From contig OZ176053.1 in the NCBI GenBank assembly GCA_964247055.1, positions 1,364,001 through 1,428,000 of the forward strand: a DNA stretch of 64,000 bases. The letters are read 5' to 3'. The stretch comes from Paragordius varius (lineage: Eukaryota; Animalia; Nematomorpha). Positions 50,801 through 64,000 of the stretch are shown here, in pieces. Within the stretch, counting starts at the first letter, position 1. The number at the start of each line of letters is the position of its first letter. Position numbers and translations under genes: made by a program. The notes beneath the pieces were generated by a model. The model saw only the letters and a program-made list of their open reading frames with translations. It did not search any database and was not told the DNA's origin.

Positions 50801-53800
50801 ATTATTAAATAGTTTTTGAATAATTACAAACATTTTCCCAAAAAACTAACTACAAGTTTTCACAAAATGATCCATTTAATGCAGTGGTCCCCACCCTTTT
50901 TTGTTATCCTCTCCCCCTTATTGAAAATAGAAATTCTTGCGCCCCCCCCTCTCAAAAAAAATCCAAGATAAAAATGTAAAAATATAATATACCATTTAAA
51001 TTTAAAATTCACCCTTGAAAAATTCAAATTCATCCTTAAAATAAATCATCTGTTTTCGGACTAATATAACTCATCATTAAGGAGAAGTATATTCTTATGG
51101 CATAGTTTAGTATCTATTCGGTATTACATTAATTTTTAACGAATTTCATTTTTTGAAAATATAAAAAAATATAGTTAATTTTTAATTTTAAAAAAGACGA
51201 ATTTTATGGTGAATTGAATTGTTCAAGGGAATTGAACTGTAAATGGTATATTATAAAAATCCCAATCAATGAGATCCTTATATTTGCAATTTTTGAAATA
51301 TTTTTCCCATATCGGTGACAAATCTTGATAATTTGCACCCGAAATCATTTACAATTTGTTTCTGGTTTTATTTTTTAAATTAAATTTTCCAATTCTTCGC
51401 GCCCTCCGATTTTTCTATGCCTCCTGTACTGATTTAATAGTTCTTTAACAGTAAAATTAAGAACAATAACGATAACTATGTAAAACAAAAAAAATGACAT
51501 TTTTTATTAAGCCAATCAGCCATATTATTCATATCCAAATTTTTCCTAAAAAATAATTGATGATTGAGGTATTTAAATTATGGGTGGCTTGTTGTAAATA
51601 TATCAACGAGTTTTTTCTATAAGAGTCCTAATTTAGGATATATAAAAAAATATTAAAGTTAGATACTATAGAAATGACAGAGTGTATTTATTGTGTTTTG
51701 CATTAATTTGCACATTTACAAACTAATCTTTTCATTTACGGTATTAATTTCATAAAAGATTTAATTAAAGCGCAGAATATGTAGTTAAAACTTAAAATCA
51801 TGAGATATGAAAACACATAATAAAATTTAAAACTTTTACCAATTTGTTAATTGTTTCAAAATTTGCGGATTTCGACGCGGAGGGAAAAGCGATTCCTTAA
51901 TATTTTTGTGTTGTTGAGATGGAACTGTATCATAGCTATCATAAAAGATTTCATCTTTGCTCATTACCTTATATTAACAGTTAAATATAAACAGTTACAA
52001 AATTTTAATATAAATAGTTTTTTTAATTCGAATGTATAAAATATATTAAAAAAATTGGGAAAAAGTATGGTTATATAGATAAAATCATAACCTATAATTT
52101 CAATAAATAAAATATTTTTATTTCAAACTGTTAATATCTCGAGTTAATAAACTAATTTATGAGAAAAAAAACGTTAAAATGAAACAAGTTATATAATAGT
52201 CATACTTTCCAATCCGTCATACCTGGGGCATAGGTTAGCCCTTTAACCAAATCTGACACGTTTTCAATCACTACACATCCTAAGGATATAAAAAAACGAT
52301 CATATAATCATACTTTTTAGAACAATTTTACTACCAATTCATTATGAGAGTTAAAAAATATTATTATAAAAGTTAAAAAAATTGATATTACTTGAAATTT
52401 AGCAAAAATATCACGCTTAAAATCAAAAAATAACCTTGAGTTTCAGCCAATATTGCTGAAAGAACGGCTTCATTTTCGACCGGATTCAAAGAACACGTTG
52501 AATAAATCAGGATTCCATTGACTTTTAGTAATTCTAGACCACGTTTAAGTATGCGATATTGCAAACTACAAACATAAACATACAAAATGTAAAATTGACA
52601 ATATATAAAAAAGGTTAACTGTTATATCAACAGAGCGCAACTTAAAAAGAAAAGTATGTGAGGTTTATACTCAATTCCTTTTCTGTACCCCCCAAGGATT
52701 TATATACAAATTTAGTAAACAAAAACATAGTTAAACCTTATAAAACTACCACTAGTAGGCTCTTTCAATTTACAGTAAAAATTGGAATTATACGGACAAA
52801 ACGTAAAAATATAAAGACAAATATTTTTATTTAAAAAGATGACCATTTTTTTAAACCTTAATCTTTCATATATAAGCTTTTTAGTTAAAATTGTAAAATA
52901 TAGAATAGAATGTGTTAGTATATATCTCTATTTTACTTTACCATTTAAAAACAATGAGTTACATTGAAAAAAAAATGATGATATTAAAAAGTATGGCTGT
53001 CTTTTAGAAAAAAATATTTGTCTTCATATTTTTACGTTTTGTCCGTATAATTTCAGTATTTACTGTAAAACTAAACTTAATTTAAAAACAATACTAGGCA
53101 ATTTAAAATAAAATAGGGGTATGGACATAAATATCAATATATAATAGCTTAAAATAATTTGCATACTTGTGTATACTATTAGCTTGACCAATATTCCAAT
53201 TGGTCCAAATCAAAGGGTTTTTTCGAAGCGTCCCATCACCGCTAAAATTTTGTGGAAAAACAGTAAAAAAGATTTTAATTGGAAAAAAGAATAAAGCAAT
53301 CTTTAAAAAAGTTTTATCCACACCTAAATTATTATTTAGGTGGAAATTAGATAGAAAATTCCCTATTTTTAACAAACTTATTAAAATTTATCATTTTTTT
53401 ATCAATTTTAAGAGTTTAATTATTCAAAAAGATCATCTATATATTGTAATAATTAACCCAAAATATATGTATCCACACATTTTGACCAAAATAAAATAAA
53501 AATTACATTTTATATATTTTTTTTCATTTTTATTTTATTTTAAAAAAAAATAAAAAAAAATTATAGTTTTTTTTTATCAATTTTAAGAGTTTAATTATTC
53601 AAGATCATCTATATATTGTAATAATAAACCCAATATTAAAGTATCCACACTTTAAACCAAAATAAAATAAAAATTACATTTTATATATTTTTTTCATTTT
53701 TATTTTATTTGAAAAAAAAATAAAAAATTTTTTATAGTTTTTTATCCATTTTAAGAGTTTAATTATTCAAAAAGATCATATATATTGTAATTGTAATAAT

Positions 53801-56343
53801 AAACCTCCAAAAAATATCCACACTTAAAATCAAATCAAAACATGGTCACAATGCAAAAAGTTTAAATTTTCATTTTTTTGAAAAAAATAACTATAAATTA
53901 CGTGCAGGGTACATCACACAATATCCGATCATATTGAAGATGTTCAAAACTGTCAGGAATATGGTGGCATTCTACATTTTTTAACGTTGAATTTTCATCG
54001 AAACCATTGTTCAAATTTTTACATTGTTCTTTTGCTTGTTGGTTAATTTCATTCTTTGGATTATTAATAATATTTTTGCAATCTTGACTTTTTGAAGTTA
54101 CCACCCCCACTCTTATATTCGGGAAAAATGATGCATCTTGATTAACAATCAGTAAATTATGTTTCCTTAGCCGTTTAGTTTGATGTACAAGCAAATAACA
54201 TCGTTTACTATCGTTATCATTGGCTATGAGAAAACCACCTAGGGAAAAGAAAATAATTATGAAAGAAACTTTAATCTATCTATTAAAAACTAATTATTCC
54301 CCAAAAAAATTTTGGTTAAAATTCAAACTAAATTCCATAATCATTTATTAAATTCCAATTTATATCAGGTAACCTTGTTGTTGGTTTTGATCCAACAGGT
54401 CAAGTATTTGACATGATTTTGAACCGGGTGATGCACACATATCCAGAACCTAAACATAACAATCGATCGATATTGCTCAATGATAAATAAATAGTGGGAA
54501 ATATTTTTAATTTTTTTGGAAAAAATTTTTTCATAAAAAACTTTATGGAGTTTTGAAAAACAATTAAATCTTTTTAAACATAATCTTATTATTCGTTGTT
54601 TAATTTTCATCTCTATTATGATAAAATAATTCAAATATATTGACAAAGTTAAGGGATTAATAATGAATAAAGATTTTTTAATTAGATTGCATTTAAATAA
54701 GATAAAATATTTGATTATAAAAAATATCGTTTTTAAATTTTTTTATAACATACAATGTGGTTTGGCTTGATATCCAATAGTTGAACGGGTATCATACTTA
54801 CAGTTTCTTGCCGATTGATGAAACCCTGATAAAACAGATTATTCACCAAAAAAATTAAAATTCTAAATCAGGTCAAACATCTATATTTTGAAATGTTAAA
54901 TATTTCTTTACAAAATGTCCTATTTTCAATAATTACTATTGATCGGCATAGAAATGCAAAAACGTTTCTATGCATATGCGCAAAAACAAGTTTTTCACAT
55001 TTAAAACACATGAAAAAAAGCAAAATTGCTTGTTTTTAGGTAAAATAACGCATTTTCTTTGAATAATTTTGATTTTTTATAAATGTTCTCATGAAATACA
55101 CATTTTTTGTCTCATTTAAATGCTAACGATGCGTATGATAAACATAATTTATTATATCTATTTTATATGAAACGAATAAATATTTTTATAAGTATTAACT
55201 GGTGTTGCAAGAAAAATTAAAAAGTTCATTCTGCATAAAATGTAGAAAACCAAGAACTTACAAAAAAAGATAAATTAGATACATTTTTTTAAATATAATC
55301 AAAACTAAATTAAAAATCTATATTAACCGTATCAGTTTCCGCTATCAAAACTTGATGAAAAGCTTTAAATTCTGGCGTTCGACGAATGGATTGTCGCGAA
55401 GCTATAATTTGAAATGCTGGACTCAGGGTATACCTAAAAATAAAGGAAACTAAAATATAAAGCGAACGCACTATGCTCTTTTTTGTAGCTAATACTAATG
55501 TGTTTTTAATATTTTAATTCGAGTTGTTTTTAAATTGGTTAAATGAGTATTTTAAAACCCAATTATACAAAAAGTTTTTAATAATATTATTTCTCAACCG
55601 TCTGTAGATTATTTATAAACTTAAATATAAATTTTTTTAAAAAGTTAAATTATAAATTTAAAAAAGGGTCCAGATGCGAATAATAACCCATATATTATTC
55701 CCACAATCGGGGATGGAAGAAGGGGATTTTTAGTATGTAGCATATCATTTTTTTTAAAAATAAACAATATTTTATTTATGACAAAAATTAAATTATTAAT
55801 TGTTAAATATCAATTCTAAAGAGAATTATTAGGTAATAGCAAAAAAAAACTCATATATTGGTCTTTACTATATATCTTTTAGCAACATATAATTAAAGTA
55901 ATTTAATTGTAATGCACATTACCTTTTAAATAAAGTTTATTTATTTATTACAATTTTGTTCAATTTTAGCATAAGTTAACATTCATGGATCTTTACGGTA
56001 TAGTTTTTTAATACAAAAAAATTTAGAATCTGGTCATTTTTTGGCATATAAATTACCATTCCAAAGATTTGATAAAGGAAAAAATTTCTTGTTCTTGACC
56101 AACACTGTCAATTTTATGGATATATAATTCATTCAGCTTTTTCCATATATATAACGCAATAGAATTATGAGCCGTTAATCTAAACGTGGCAGGTAAAGCG
56201 TCCTTAACAATAGTTGTAAAAGAGTTCCATTCATTTTGATCGAAAGGTAGTATATTCTGAAAATTAAAAATAAGTACAACCTTGTAATAATTCAAAAATT
56301 TCGGATTATCTAAATTGGAGAGTTGGTACTGAGAATTCGGCAT
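47895..56343 (-). CDS. NSUN2: tRNA/mRNA (cytosine-5)-methyltransferase NSUN2/Trm4
   Basis: 17 phase-consistent exons: 56343-56281, 56256-56057, 55433-55328, 54825-54754, 54449-54374, 54238-53902, 53241-53167, 52565-52435, 52279-52206, 51967-51840, 50789-50503, 50199-49938, 49606-49455, 49061-48838, 48436-48295, 48233-48131, 48030-47895 (about 855 aa). Motifs: [96 protein letters not shown]. Both catalytic Cys (PC, TC) are intact. The start Met is the least certain part. Confidence 0.95.
50882..51431. mobile_element. hAT-type MITE in an NSUN2 intron
   Basis: Starts CAGTGGTCCCCA and ends ..ACTG; flanks ATTTAATG and ATTTAATA match at 7 of 8 positions; right TIR degenerate. Confidence 0.55.
52773..53065. 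mobile_element. Full-length CAGT-TIR MITE in an NSUN2 intron
   Basis: TA|cagtaaaaattggaattatacggacaaaacg...cgttttgtccgtataatttcagtatttactg|TA, 293 bp. Confidence 0.88.
53407..53830 (+). repeat. ~170-bp intronic tandem repeat, about 2.5 copies
   Basis: ttttaagagtttaattattcaa...gatcat.tatattgtaat restarts at about 53407, 53581 and 53750. Confidence 0.85.
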
Positions 56344-56859
56344 GTCACCTTACTCAAAAAAAAGCCTGTGATGTGTAAATCCTAGTCCAATATTTTTTGA
56401 TTAACCCGTACTATTTTTGTAAATTAGCCAATAATTTCTATCTTATAAATGACTGTTTTTAAAAGCAAATAAATAAAATATTTTTATGAAATATATATTT
56501 TTTGATGATGCATCTGGATACTGATGGTGCTTTTTCTGCTTACCCGTAATTAGAGAAAATACTAAACAGTTGTATTATTTATATCAAATAATCGCATTTT
56601 TACATGTTACATGGTGCAAATCAAGATCTGATCACCAATAAGCTTATATAAATTAAAAATTACATGGTACTTTAGGTTTAAAGGCTTACGAGCGAAATTA
56701 ATTGTTTAATATCAAACAATTCCAAAAAAGCGCATATTATATTAACACTTGGATGCAACACATTCATTTTAGTCCTTTTATTTGGGGTTAAATACACCAG
56801 GCCTGTTTAAATTATCTTAAATAAATATGGGAGGAATCAAAACCATGGCAAAATTTTGC

Positions 56860-58570
56860 ATATACAACATTAATAAACCGAAATATATAAAAAAATTTCT
56901 TTAAAAATAGTTGATATTACTTATTTTAAGCTAAAACCGATACGTAAATATTTAGTCAACGTGAAATGTGGGCAATGGTAAAATAGAAAATTAACACAAA
57001 AACCGCTTATTCTATTTCTGCCAATGTTAGATGTAATTTAAAACAAAAGTCTTTAATTTTACTCTTAAAATAAATATAGACGATATTTAGCAAAAAATGG
57101 ATAAAATAAAATGGCGCGAAGTAGTTTGACATGGAACTTTTTTTTTCAAAACAAAATTTTATTTAGATAGTTTGGTATATTTATATAATTTTTATTAGGA
57201 TAGAAGCATAAATTTAAAGTACCGTTTCCTTCAGTGGTTTTAAAAATCCTAATTTAAATTTAGTCTGGGGTATTTAGATACCTCAATTTGAATCGAAGTA
57301 TAATATAATTACATAAAAGCTAAATGCTTCAGCAAAAATACTAAAATTAATACACTGCAAGTAAAATCGGACGGTATAAAAAACAACCTGATCAAATATG
57401 TATATATATTAATTTATATTCTGATAGGAAAATTTAGCAAGATTATCAGGATGCTTTTTGTTTTGGCTCTTGCTAGTGATAGAGAATTTAAACTTTTGTG
57501 GTAGGCTCCATATCAGAATGGAAGATTAAACAAATTTGTAATAAATTTTGGGTGGAGGCTATGCTTCAATCCAAAAATTAGGACCTAAGAAAATTATAAA
57601 TTACCTAGAAAAAACAAAACAATATTTTTAAAATATTTTGATTTTTAAATGTGAATTTCGAAAGTCATTATATTTTTTGAATTTCCAATATGGACTCGTT
57701 ATTTTGAAATAAACATTGAAATTCCGGGTATTCACGATACTTTTAAATATAAATTTTGACTCAAAAAAAATATATAAAAATGCATTCTTTTTGCAAAAAT
57801 TTAATATTTAGCGAAATTTGTTGACGCTTTTTTTATCCAATTTTTACAAATGATGCAAACTGTAAAACGCTTTTAGATATAACAAAAAGGCTGATCTCAT
57901 TTAATTTGATGATGTTGAACATATTATCACATCGGAATATTGATAAAAATATTCGTTAGTCGTCATATATACAAATAATAATTGAGTTTTTTTATAAAAA
58001 TTCCAAAAAATATGAAAGTAAATAAACCTTTTAAAGCACGCTTCAACAATTTGGTAAAATTAAATTTTTGTAAAAAGTATGCATTTTTAAATATTTTTTT
58101 GATAAAAATTTAGAATTAATCTATGAATATGGCGCATTCCCGCCATAAAATCGAAACCATGGCAAGATTTTGCACTTATAAAACATTAATTAACCGAAAT
58201 ATATAAAAATTTATTCAAAAATTTATATTACTTATTTAAGCTAAAACCAAAAGTAAAAATTTAGTCAACGTGACATATGTGCAATGGTAAAATTGAAAAA
58301 TAATACAAAATAAACCGCTTTTTTACTACCAATGTTAGATGTAATTTAAATAAAAAATCTTTAATTTTACACTTAAAATTAAATATAGACGATATTTTGC
58401 AAAAATTGGGTAAAATAAAAATGGTGTCGAAGTAGTTTGACATGGAACTTTTTTTTAAACAAAATTTTATTTAGATAGTTTGGCATATTTATAATTTTTA
58501 TTAGGATAGAAGCATAAATTTAAATTGGGACCGTTTCCTTCAGTAGTTTTTTAAAAATCCCTAACTCAAA
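56860..58570 (+). repeat. ~430-bp direct duplication (56860-57290 and 58150-58570)
   Basis: Shared blocks aaaccatggcaa.attttgca, ttagtcaacgtga, gaagtagtttgacatggaacttttt and accgtttccttcagt. Confidence 0.85.
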
Positions 58571-58861
58571 TTTAAAGAACGAGCCCATTTAAAAAGAGCG
58601 AAAATATTTGGGACTTTCGAAACCACATCCAAAAAATGGATTTAAAAATATTGTTTAGCTTTTTTAGGTAGATTTATAATTTAATGGTATTTTTTGGGAT
58701 GAAGCATTTAACTTTTACCAAAAATATTTAAATACTCAAATTATGCCATTTTCTAATATGGAGCACTTACCACAAAAGTGTAAATAACTTTCTTTTATCA
58801 CTCGTAAGGGCCAAAACCGATTGCACTATTAAAATCCTGATACATTTTCCCATCAATATAT

Positions 58862-58919
<58 letters not shown>

Positions 58920-60306
58920 ATATATAAGCAAGTTTTTGTTTGTGGACGCAGTGTAGATTTAAACGGCAAGAGAGAGAGAAATATTAGACGTAGGCTACAA
59001 AAATTACAAATTATTGGTCCCGTTTGATATTGAATAGTTTTCTCGAAATAAATGCTGAGGAGCGAAAACAATAATTAATATATGATATATTTTGACATCA
59101 AAAATATAAATATTTGATAAAACGGATGCCATTCTTTAAAATTTTTTGGAAAATATTTTGTTGAATTATATTTCATTAAATTTTGTAACGTTATAAAAAT
59201 GGTTTTTGATATTATAAAAACATTTTTTGTACAAGGTTTGTACATTTCTATTACCTCGGATTTTATTTTGTTTTTCTTTGAATTGTAAATAATTTTTGTG
59301 AGACATTTATATTTAATTTCAATTAGATTTAAAATCGAATTGTATAGAAACAGTTTTTTATATATTTAGATTGTTTTTATACCCATCATGTTTCAAAACA
59401 CTTAAAAACTTGCTTTACCAAAATTTAGCTACCACTTTATTTTCATAGCAAAAACTCCCATTTGTAGAATAAATTTTTTTTAATTTCACAATTAACATAA
59501 ATTTATAATTTATATCGTGCAATATCAACATTTTTGAGTTTAGTTAATAAACCTATTTATTTTAGACGGAATACAAAAACTTATTCTCGGATCCCACATA
59601 TAAAATAAAAATATTGCTTACCTTTTTTCATATTGTATTATACATTTTTTAATGATAGTTGAATTAGATACATTTAACTTTGATCAAAAAAATTTTATTG
59701 TGCGCAAATTTTGCCATTTTTATTAACAGTTAAGGGCAAATATTTTTCTTTGAGGATTCGTACGATCAAAAGAATCATGGGTATCCAGGCAGTATATTTT
59801 AACACTATATTTTTTTGTAGACTGTAAAAAGTAATTCTGGGGGCGAACTTAAAGCACCGAGATTATCGATACTTTTTTTTATCAAAATATTATCAGGATA
59901 CTTTTCATAACCGTGCATTTTAGGTAATGTGTGGGCTGAACTAAATTATTATATGCAATTGTTAGTAATAAAAGAACAATTTAAAAAAATCCATTTTGTA
60001 CCAAAAATCATTTTTAACCCATTAATATGGACCAATACCTATATATCTCATGAAATAGCCTTGTGAATTCCTCTAAAATGCAACATTAAAAAATTCATTC
60101 GATAAAAATATGCATCACAAAATTCCTGCCTGTCGCTATATATCCATAGAGTATAAATTTATTATTTGCCTAAATATAAAATACCAATAGATATTAAAAA
60201 GAGCTCCTCGTAAAAAATCCAATATATAGATATGAAAACATTATGAATTTATTAAAATCATATTATTCTGTAAATATAGTAGATCCGTAAGTGTTAGCAT
60301 CAAAAT

Positions 60307-60871
60307 TCAACCACATCGCATAGAGATTGGTAGTCCACCTGCAAAAAAGATTCTAGGATCTGCACGTATGTTAGCAATACCCATTTTTTTCATTTTATCG
60401 CACACGGCATCAATCAAATTTTGTGGCATAGCTCTGGGACAAACGACAAAAAAATCTATTCTCATCCAGGGCAGTTTGAAGCCCAACATTGTAATATCTG
60501 CTAGCATGGGATATCTACACATGCAATGGTAAACGGGTTTTACCACATTAAAACACCAATCACGAGCCTCTGAATTCTTTACTTTTTTCAAATATTCATC
60601 GTTGTACATGTTACCGCCTAACATGACACCATCCCAATAATTGGCCTAATGATTATAAAATAACTTTTTAAACATGAAAATATCTAAACATTTATTTGGA
60701 ATCAAATAAAACAAAAAAATTTTCTCAGAGTTCTATCACTGATTTACACCATAAAAATCTTACCCGCTTAACTATGCTCCGTTTGTTGGAAACGCTATCA
60801 TCGCATATGACTAAATATGGCGTTACCGCCAAAACTAACAAAAAAGCATTAACAAACTGAGTGAAAAACAT
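60307..60871 (-). CDS. Orphan secreted six-Cys pro-protein (148 aa)
   Basis: Exon 1 60871-60764 (MFFTQFVNAFLLVLAVTPYLVICDDSVSNKRSIVKR, donor GTAAG), phase-0 intron, exon 2 60645-60307 (ANYWDGVMLGG...DWCFNVVKPVYHCMCRYP...VVCPRAMPQNLIDAVCDKM...PISMRCG*). Confidence 0.78.
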
Positions 60872-61290
60872 TATGAGGTTAAATTTAAAATTATAAATTT
60901 TAAAATAATTAAATGATAATATAATTAATGAATAAAATATTATATGATTGTTGCTTTTTTAGTGACGCACCTCAGTGTCATAACAATATATGTAATGATA
61001 GGATTCATACGTATTTATAAAAACAGTGATTATTGAATTATAAATCTTCAAAACTGATACATTTTTTAGGTTATGGGTATTTATATTAAATACCATTTCT
61101 ATAATTAAATTTTAAACAGATTTTAGGAATTTTTTATTTAAAATTTGTTAAAATAATGTTTGTTCACATTAAATATAAATTTTGTACATTCAATTTTTGA
61201 TAATGGTCATATATTTATGTTATCTCGAGCAGTTACCAAAAACAACCACTGTTTTCCACTAATTAAACAAAAATCAAGCCCTAACTGGGC

Positions 61291-61333
<43 letters not shown>

Positions 61334-61387
61334 GGGATTTTAGCTAAACCCCTCCGTAATTAAATGATCATGAAAGAATATGGTGCT

Positions 61388-62714
61388 TAGGGTTGTGATT
61401 TTGACCCCCGTTTTTTGAAAAAGGGGGTCAGACCTAGGTCATACCATATGTTATTGCCAATAATAAATAACTACATACATAAATACTTGATTAAACATAA
61501 AAAGCTTTTTACATAAAGTATATATTTTTTAAAATTATACTTTCACCAATCCTGATAATTTAAATTTCTACAATTGACGATCATTCCTGGAATCATACAT
61601 AAAGACTGATAGAAAGTTTCAAATCACAGAAAGCTAAGACTAACGAGAAAATATGGATTTATTAAAACCTATTTATGCTCAATTTAGATTCTGTAAAAAC
61701 GAGTCGTCCATGAACTTAACGTTAACTTAGGATGTTTCCAAATTTTTTTAATACGATTTATTAGATTTAATATATAATCGTGCTCACTTCATTTAAAATT
61801 TCAGTAATCTTAGTATGTTTAATATATTCTTTGATCAAATTATTTTAAATATGGCATTGGCATCCATGCCATATTGTATTAGGATATTCTTTATTAATCA
61901 AATTTTCAGCAGCCTTCATGTTCGCTGCATTATCGGTCACAATGGCATCAATTTTTTAAATTTATCTTTTATTAGTTCCATTATGTTATAAATACATTCG
62001 GCAGTTTTACTATGATAAGATGTGTCAATAGTTAATAAAAATGATTTTTGGGATCCTTGGCCAATAAATAATATTAATATTTGCTTCCTACGAAAATTGG
62101 TAAAGGGATCGACGATTAATGAAATATTATTTTTACATATTCCAATAACTTCTATTTTTATATCTTCATAACATGAATCTAGTAATTCATCGGAAATCTG
62201 TTTTCTATGAATAGCATTAGGTTTGTATGAATGAAACTCCGTAAATGTTTATTTTCTATGTTAGAGTTGACGATGTAAAAATTAATTTTGCTAAATGTTT
62301 CTGGCTAATTTCTCTTAAAAACATAAATTTTAAGGACCAAACTTAAGAAATTAAATAATTAGCTTGCTTTCGACCATTACCCTCTGTCATACAATTTATT
62401 TCATGAACTTCTTTTAGATGTTTCTCCATTCGGTTTATATAAATATATATAGTGTAATTGCATTTCTTGCATGTACCTTGATTTTTTTGATCGAAAAATT
62501 TGCACAAGGCTGATTTCATTATGATTTAGGAAGTGAAGAAAAGATGTGTATCATATGATATTTAAAACAAAATAATAGATATATAGATAATATAGGGTTT
62601 TGTTTTCCTAAAAATTGTAAAAATAAAAAATTAAAAAAAAATAAAAAAATTGACCTAGGTCATTTTTTTCGTAGTCATGACCATGGAGGTCATTGACTAA
62701 TGGGCACAACCCTA
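61388..62714 (-). mobile_element. Non-autonomous hAT element with intact ends
   Basis: 10-bp TIRs TAGGGTTGTG and CACAACCCTA; perfect 8-bp TSD ATGGTGCT (61380-61387, 62715-62722). Minus-strand relics: BED-like ALCKF...MEKHLKEVH and IVTDNAANMKAA...YPNTIWHGCQCH. Confidence 0.92.
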
Positions 62715-63343
62715 ATGGTGCTATTGTTCATGATAATCAAATCAAATGTAAGATTAAAGATTATAGATATAAGGGGCTAGATATTGCACGAATAAATATA
62801 TCATATCAAATATAATTATGTTACAATGTTAATTTGTATCTACAGAATCGCAACGACTTTTCGATAGGTTGGCCAATCTTATTTTGTTTTTGGCATTTAT
62901 AAACGGGCTAGTTTTTTTAAACAATATTAAACCATCTAAACGAAAAAACACACACACTCTAAATCCTATCATTATATCTGTCGGATTATTTCCCATATAA
63001 GTAAATTAATTAACATGCAAGTAATAATAGTTATATAATCCAACTGTAGAATGCAATCCACTCTTTATGACTTAATATTTAGGGGTACATAGTGTGGGGG
63101 TGCATATAAAAATAATCCGAAAACGCTCAATAATCTAGACTAGATCAATATTAGAAATACTGACCATTAATCCCATATTCTTATGCGTTATCCAAAAAAT
63201 GGCTGTAAGATAAATTTGGGGGCTTTGTCACTAAAATTTGCAATAACTTCAAAATGGCATGACAAGATAGGCACATTCATAAAGCAAAATAAATGTTTTA
63301 TTGAAATAAAATTAGTTTTCTTGCAAAAACTATATATTCTGGT

Positions 63344-63619
63344 CAGAGGCGTAGATAGGGGGAAAGGGTGGAGGGTGGGGGGCTGACGCATCAGGCGCCA
63401 TAGAAGGGGCGCCAGATTTAAAAAATTTTATTTTATTTTAAAAAAATAGGTATTTAAAAGTTTTTATTTTAAATAGTACATAAAAAATCCGCCATTTATC
63501 AGTGGTCATTATCACGATTTGAATTTGATTATTTTTTAAAATAAGGGGTCGCATGGGGGGAGGGATGCCATCACAGATTCATGCATGCATCGGGCGCCAG
63601 AAATGCAAGCTATGCTTTG
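63344..63619. mobile_element. hAT-type MITE
   Basis: Ends CAGAGGCGTAG and CTATGCTTTG; flanks ATTCTGGT and ATTCTAGT match at 7 of 8 positions. Confidence 0.7.
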
Positions 63620-64000
63620 ATTCTAGTATTCCATTAGTGTGAAAGCCATTTATTTTTTTGTTACCGAGTAAATAATTTCTACAATACGTGTATAGGAGAG
63701 GGGGTTAAACAACAAAGGGGCTGATTTAAAGGAGTAGATTGACTATGATCAGTGCCTAAGGAAGTAACAAGAGGCCACACTCACTTTATATGGGATTACA
63801 GGCTTCCCAAAAAATGACGTTGATATCATAAAAACTAATTTAAACTTGGCATGGCTAGTTACCTTAAGTCAACTCTCAAGTGATATTGCTTAAAACAATA
63901 TGACATAATTTTTACTTGGTTATGATATTTAGTGTCTCAATTATTTTTATGATTAGTACCAATTAGACTTGTGCCCCTTAAAAATATTTGCGAATGTGAA

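Noticed and set aside
47895-56343. Ciliate-type genetic code, suggested by the tiny intron and AT richness
   Set aside because: About 855 NSUN2 codons contain no internal TAA or TAG, and TAA ends several genes.
56480-56550. ACG-initiated N-terminal extension of NSUN2 (GKQKKHHQYP...)
   Set aside because: The frame stops without a convincing in-phase splice to exon 1, and the same bases read equally well as a GTAAGC donor of a UTR exon.
58853-59071. ORFs 58853-59071 and 61160-61363
   Set aside because: Open only because of (TA)n microsatellites (IYIYIY).

Overview
Very AT-rich eukaryotic genomic DNA, most likely from an invertebrate animal (inferred from spliceosomal GT-AG introns, EB and SEA domains, and RTE, mariner and hAT elements). 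Most entries in the ORF track are antisense shadows, intron read-throughs or transposon debris, so genes were rebuilt by hand from splice sites and reading phase. Genes found: (1) an orphan minus-strand gene or gene pair at about 1.9-11.7 kb, ending in a K/S/D/E-rich segment and a Pro/Gly-rich tail; (2) three intact copies and one truncated copy of a two-exon secreted peptide gene (23.2-34.7 kb) whose 50-55 aa mature product is almost only Phe, Gly, Pro and Arg; (3) a type I membrane protein with six EB-like Cys modules, a SEA-like domain, one TM helix and a Tyr-rich tail (35.7-44.9 kb); (4) a complete 17-exon NSUN2 tRNA m5C methyltransferase (47.9-56.3 kb) with an apparent 24-nt intron; (5) an orphan secreted six-Cys pro-protein with KR processing sites (60.3-60.9 kb). 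The intergenic DNA holds a CAGT-TIR MITE family, hAT and mariner relics, RTE fragments, two oppositely oriented arrays of a ~160-bp satellite, and a 2.25-kb foldback-like inverted repeat. The best candidate for an undescribed system is the FGPR peptide gene cluster. No database searches or prediction programs were run.
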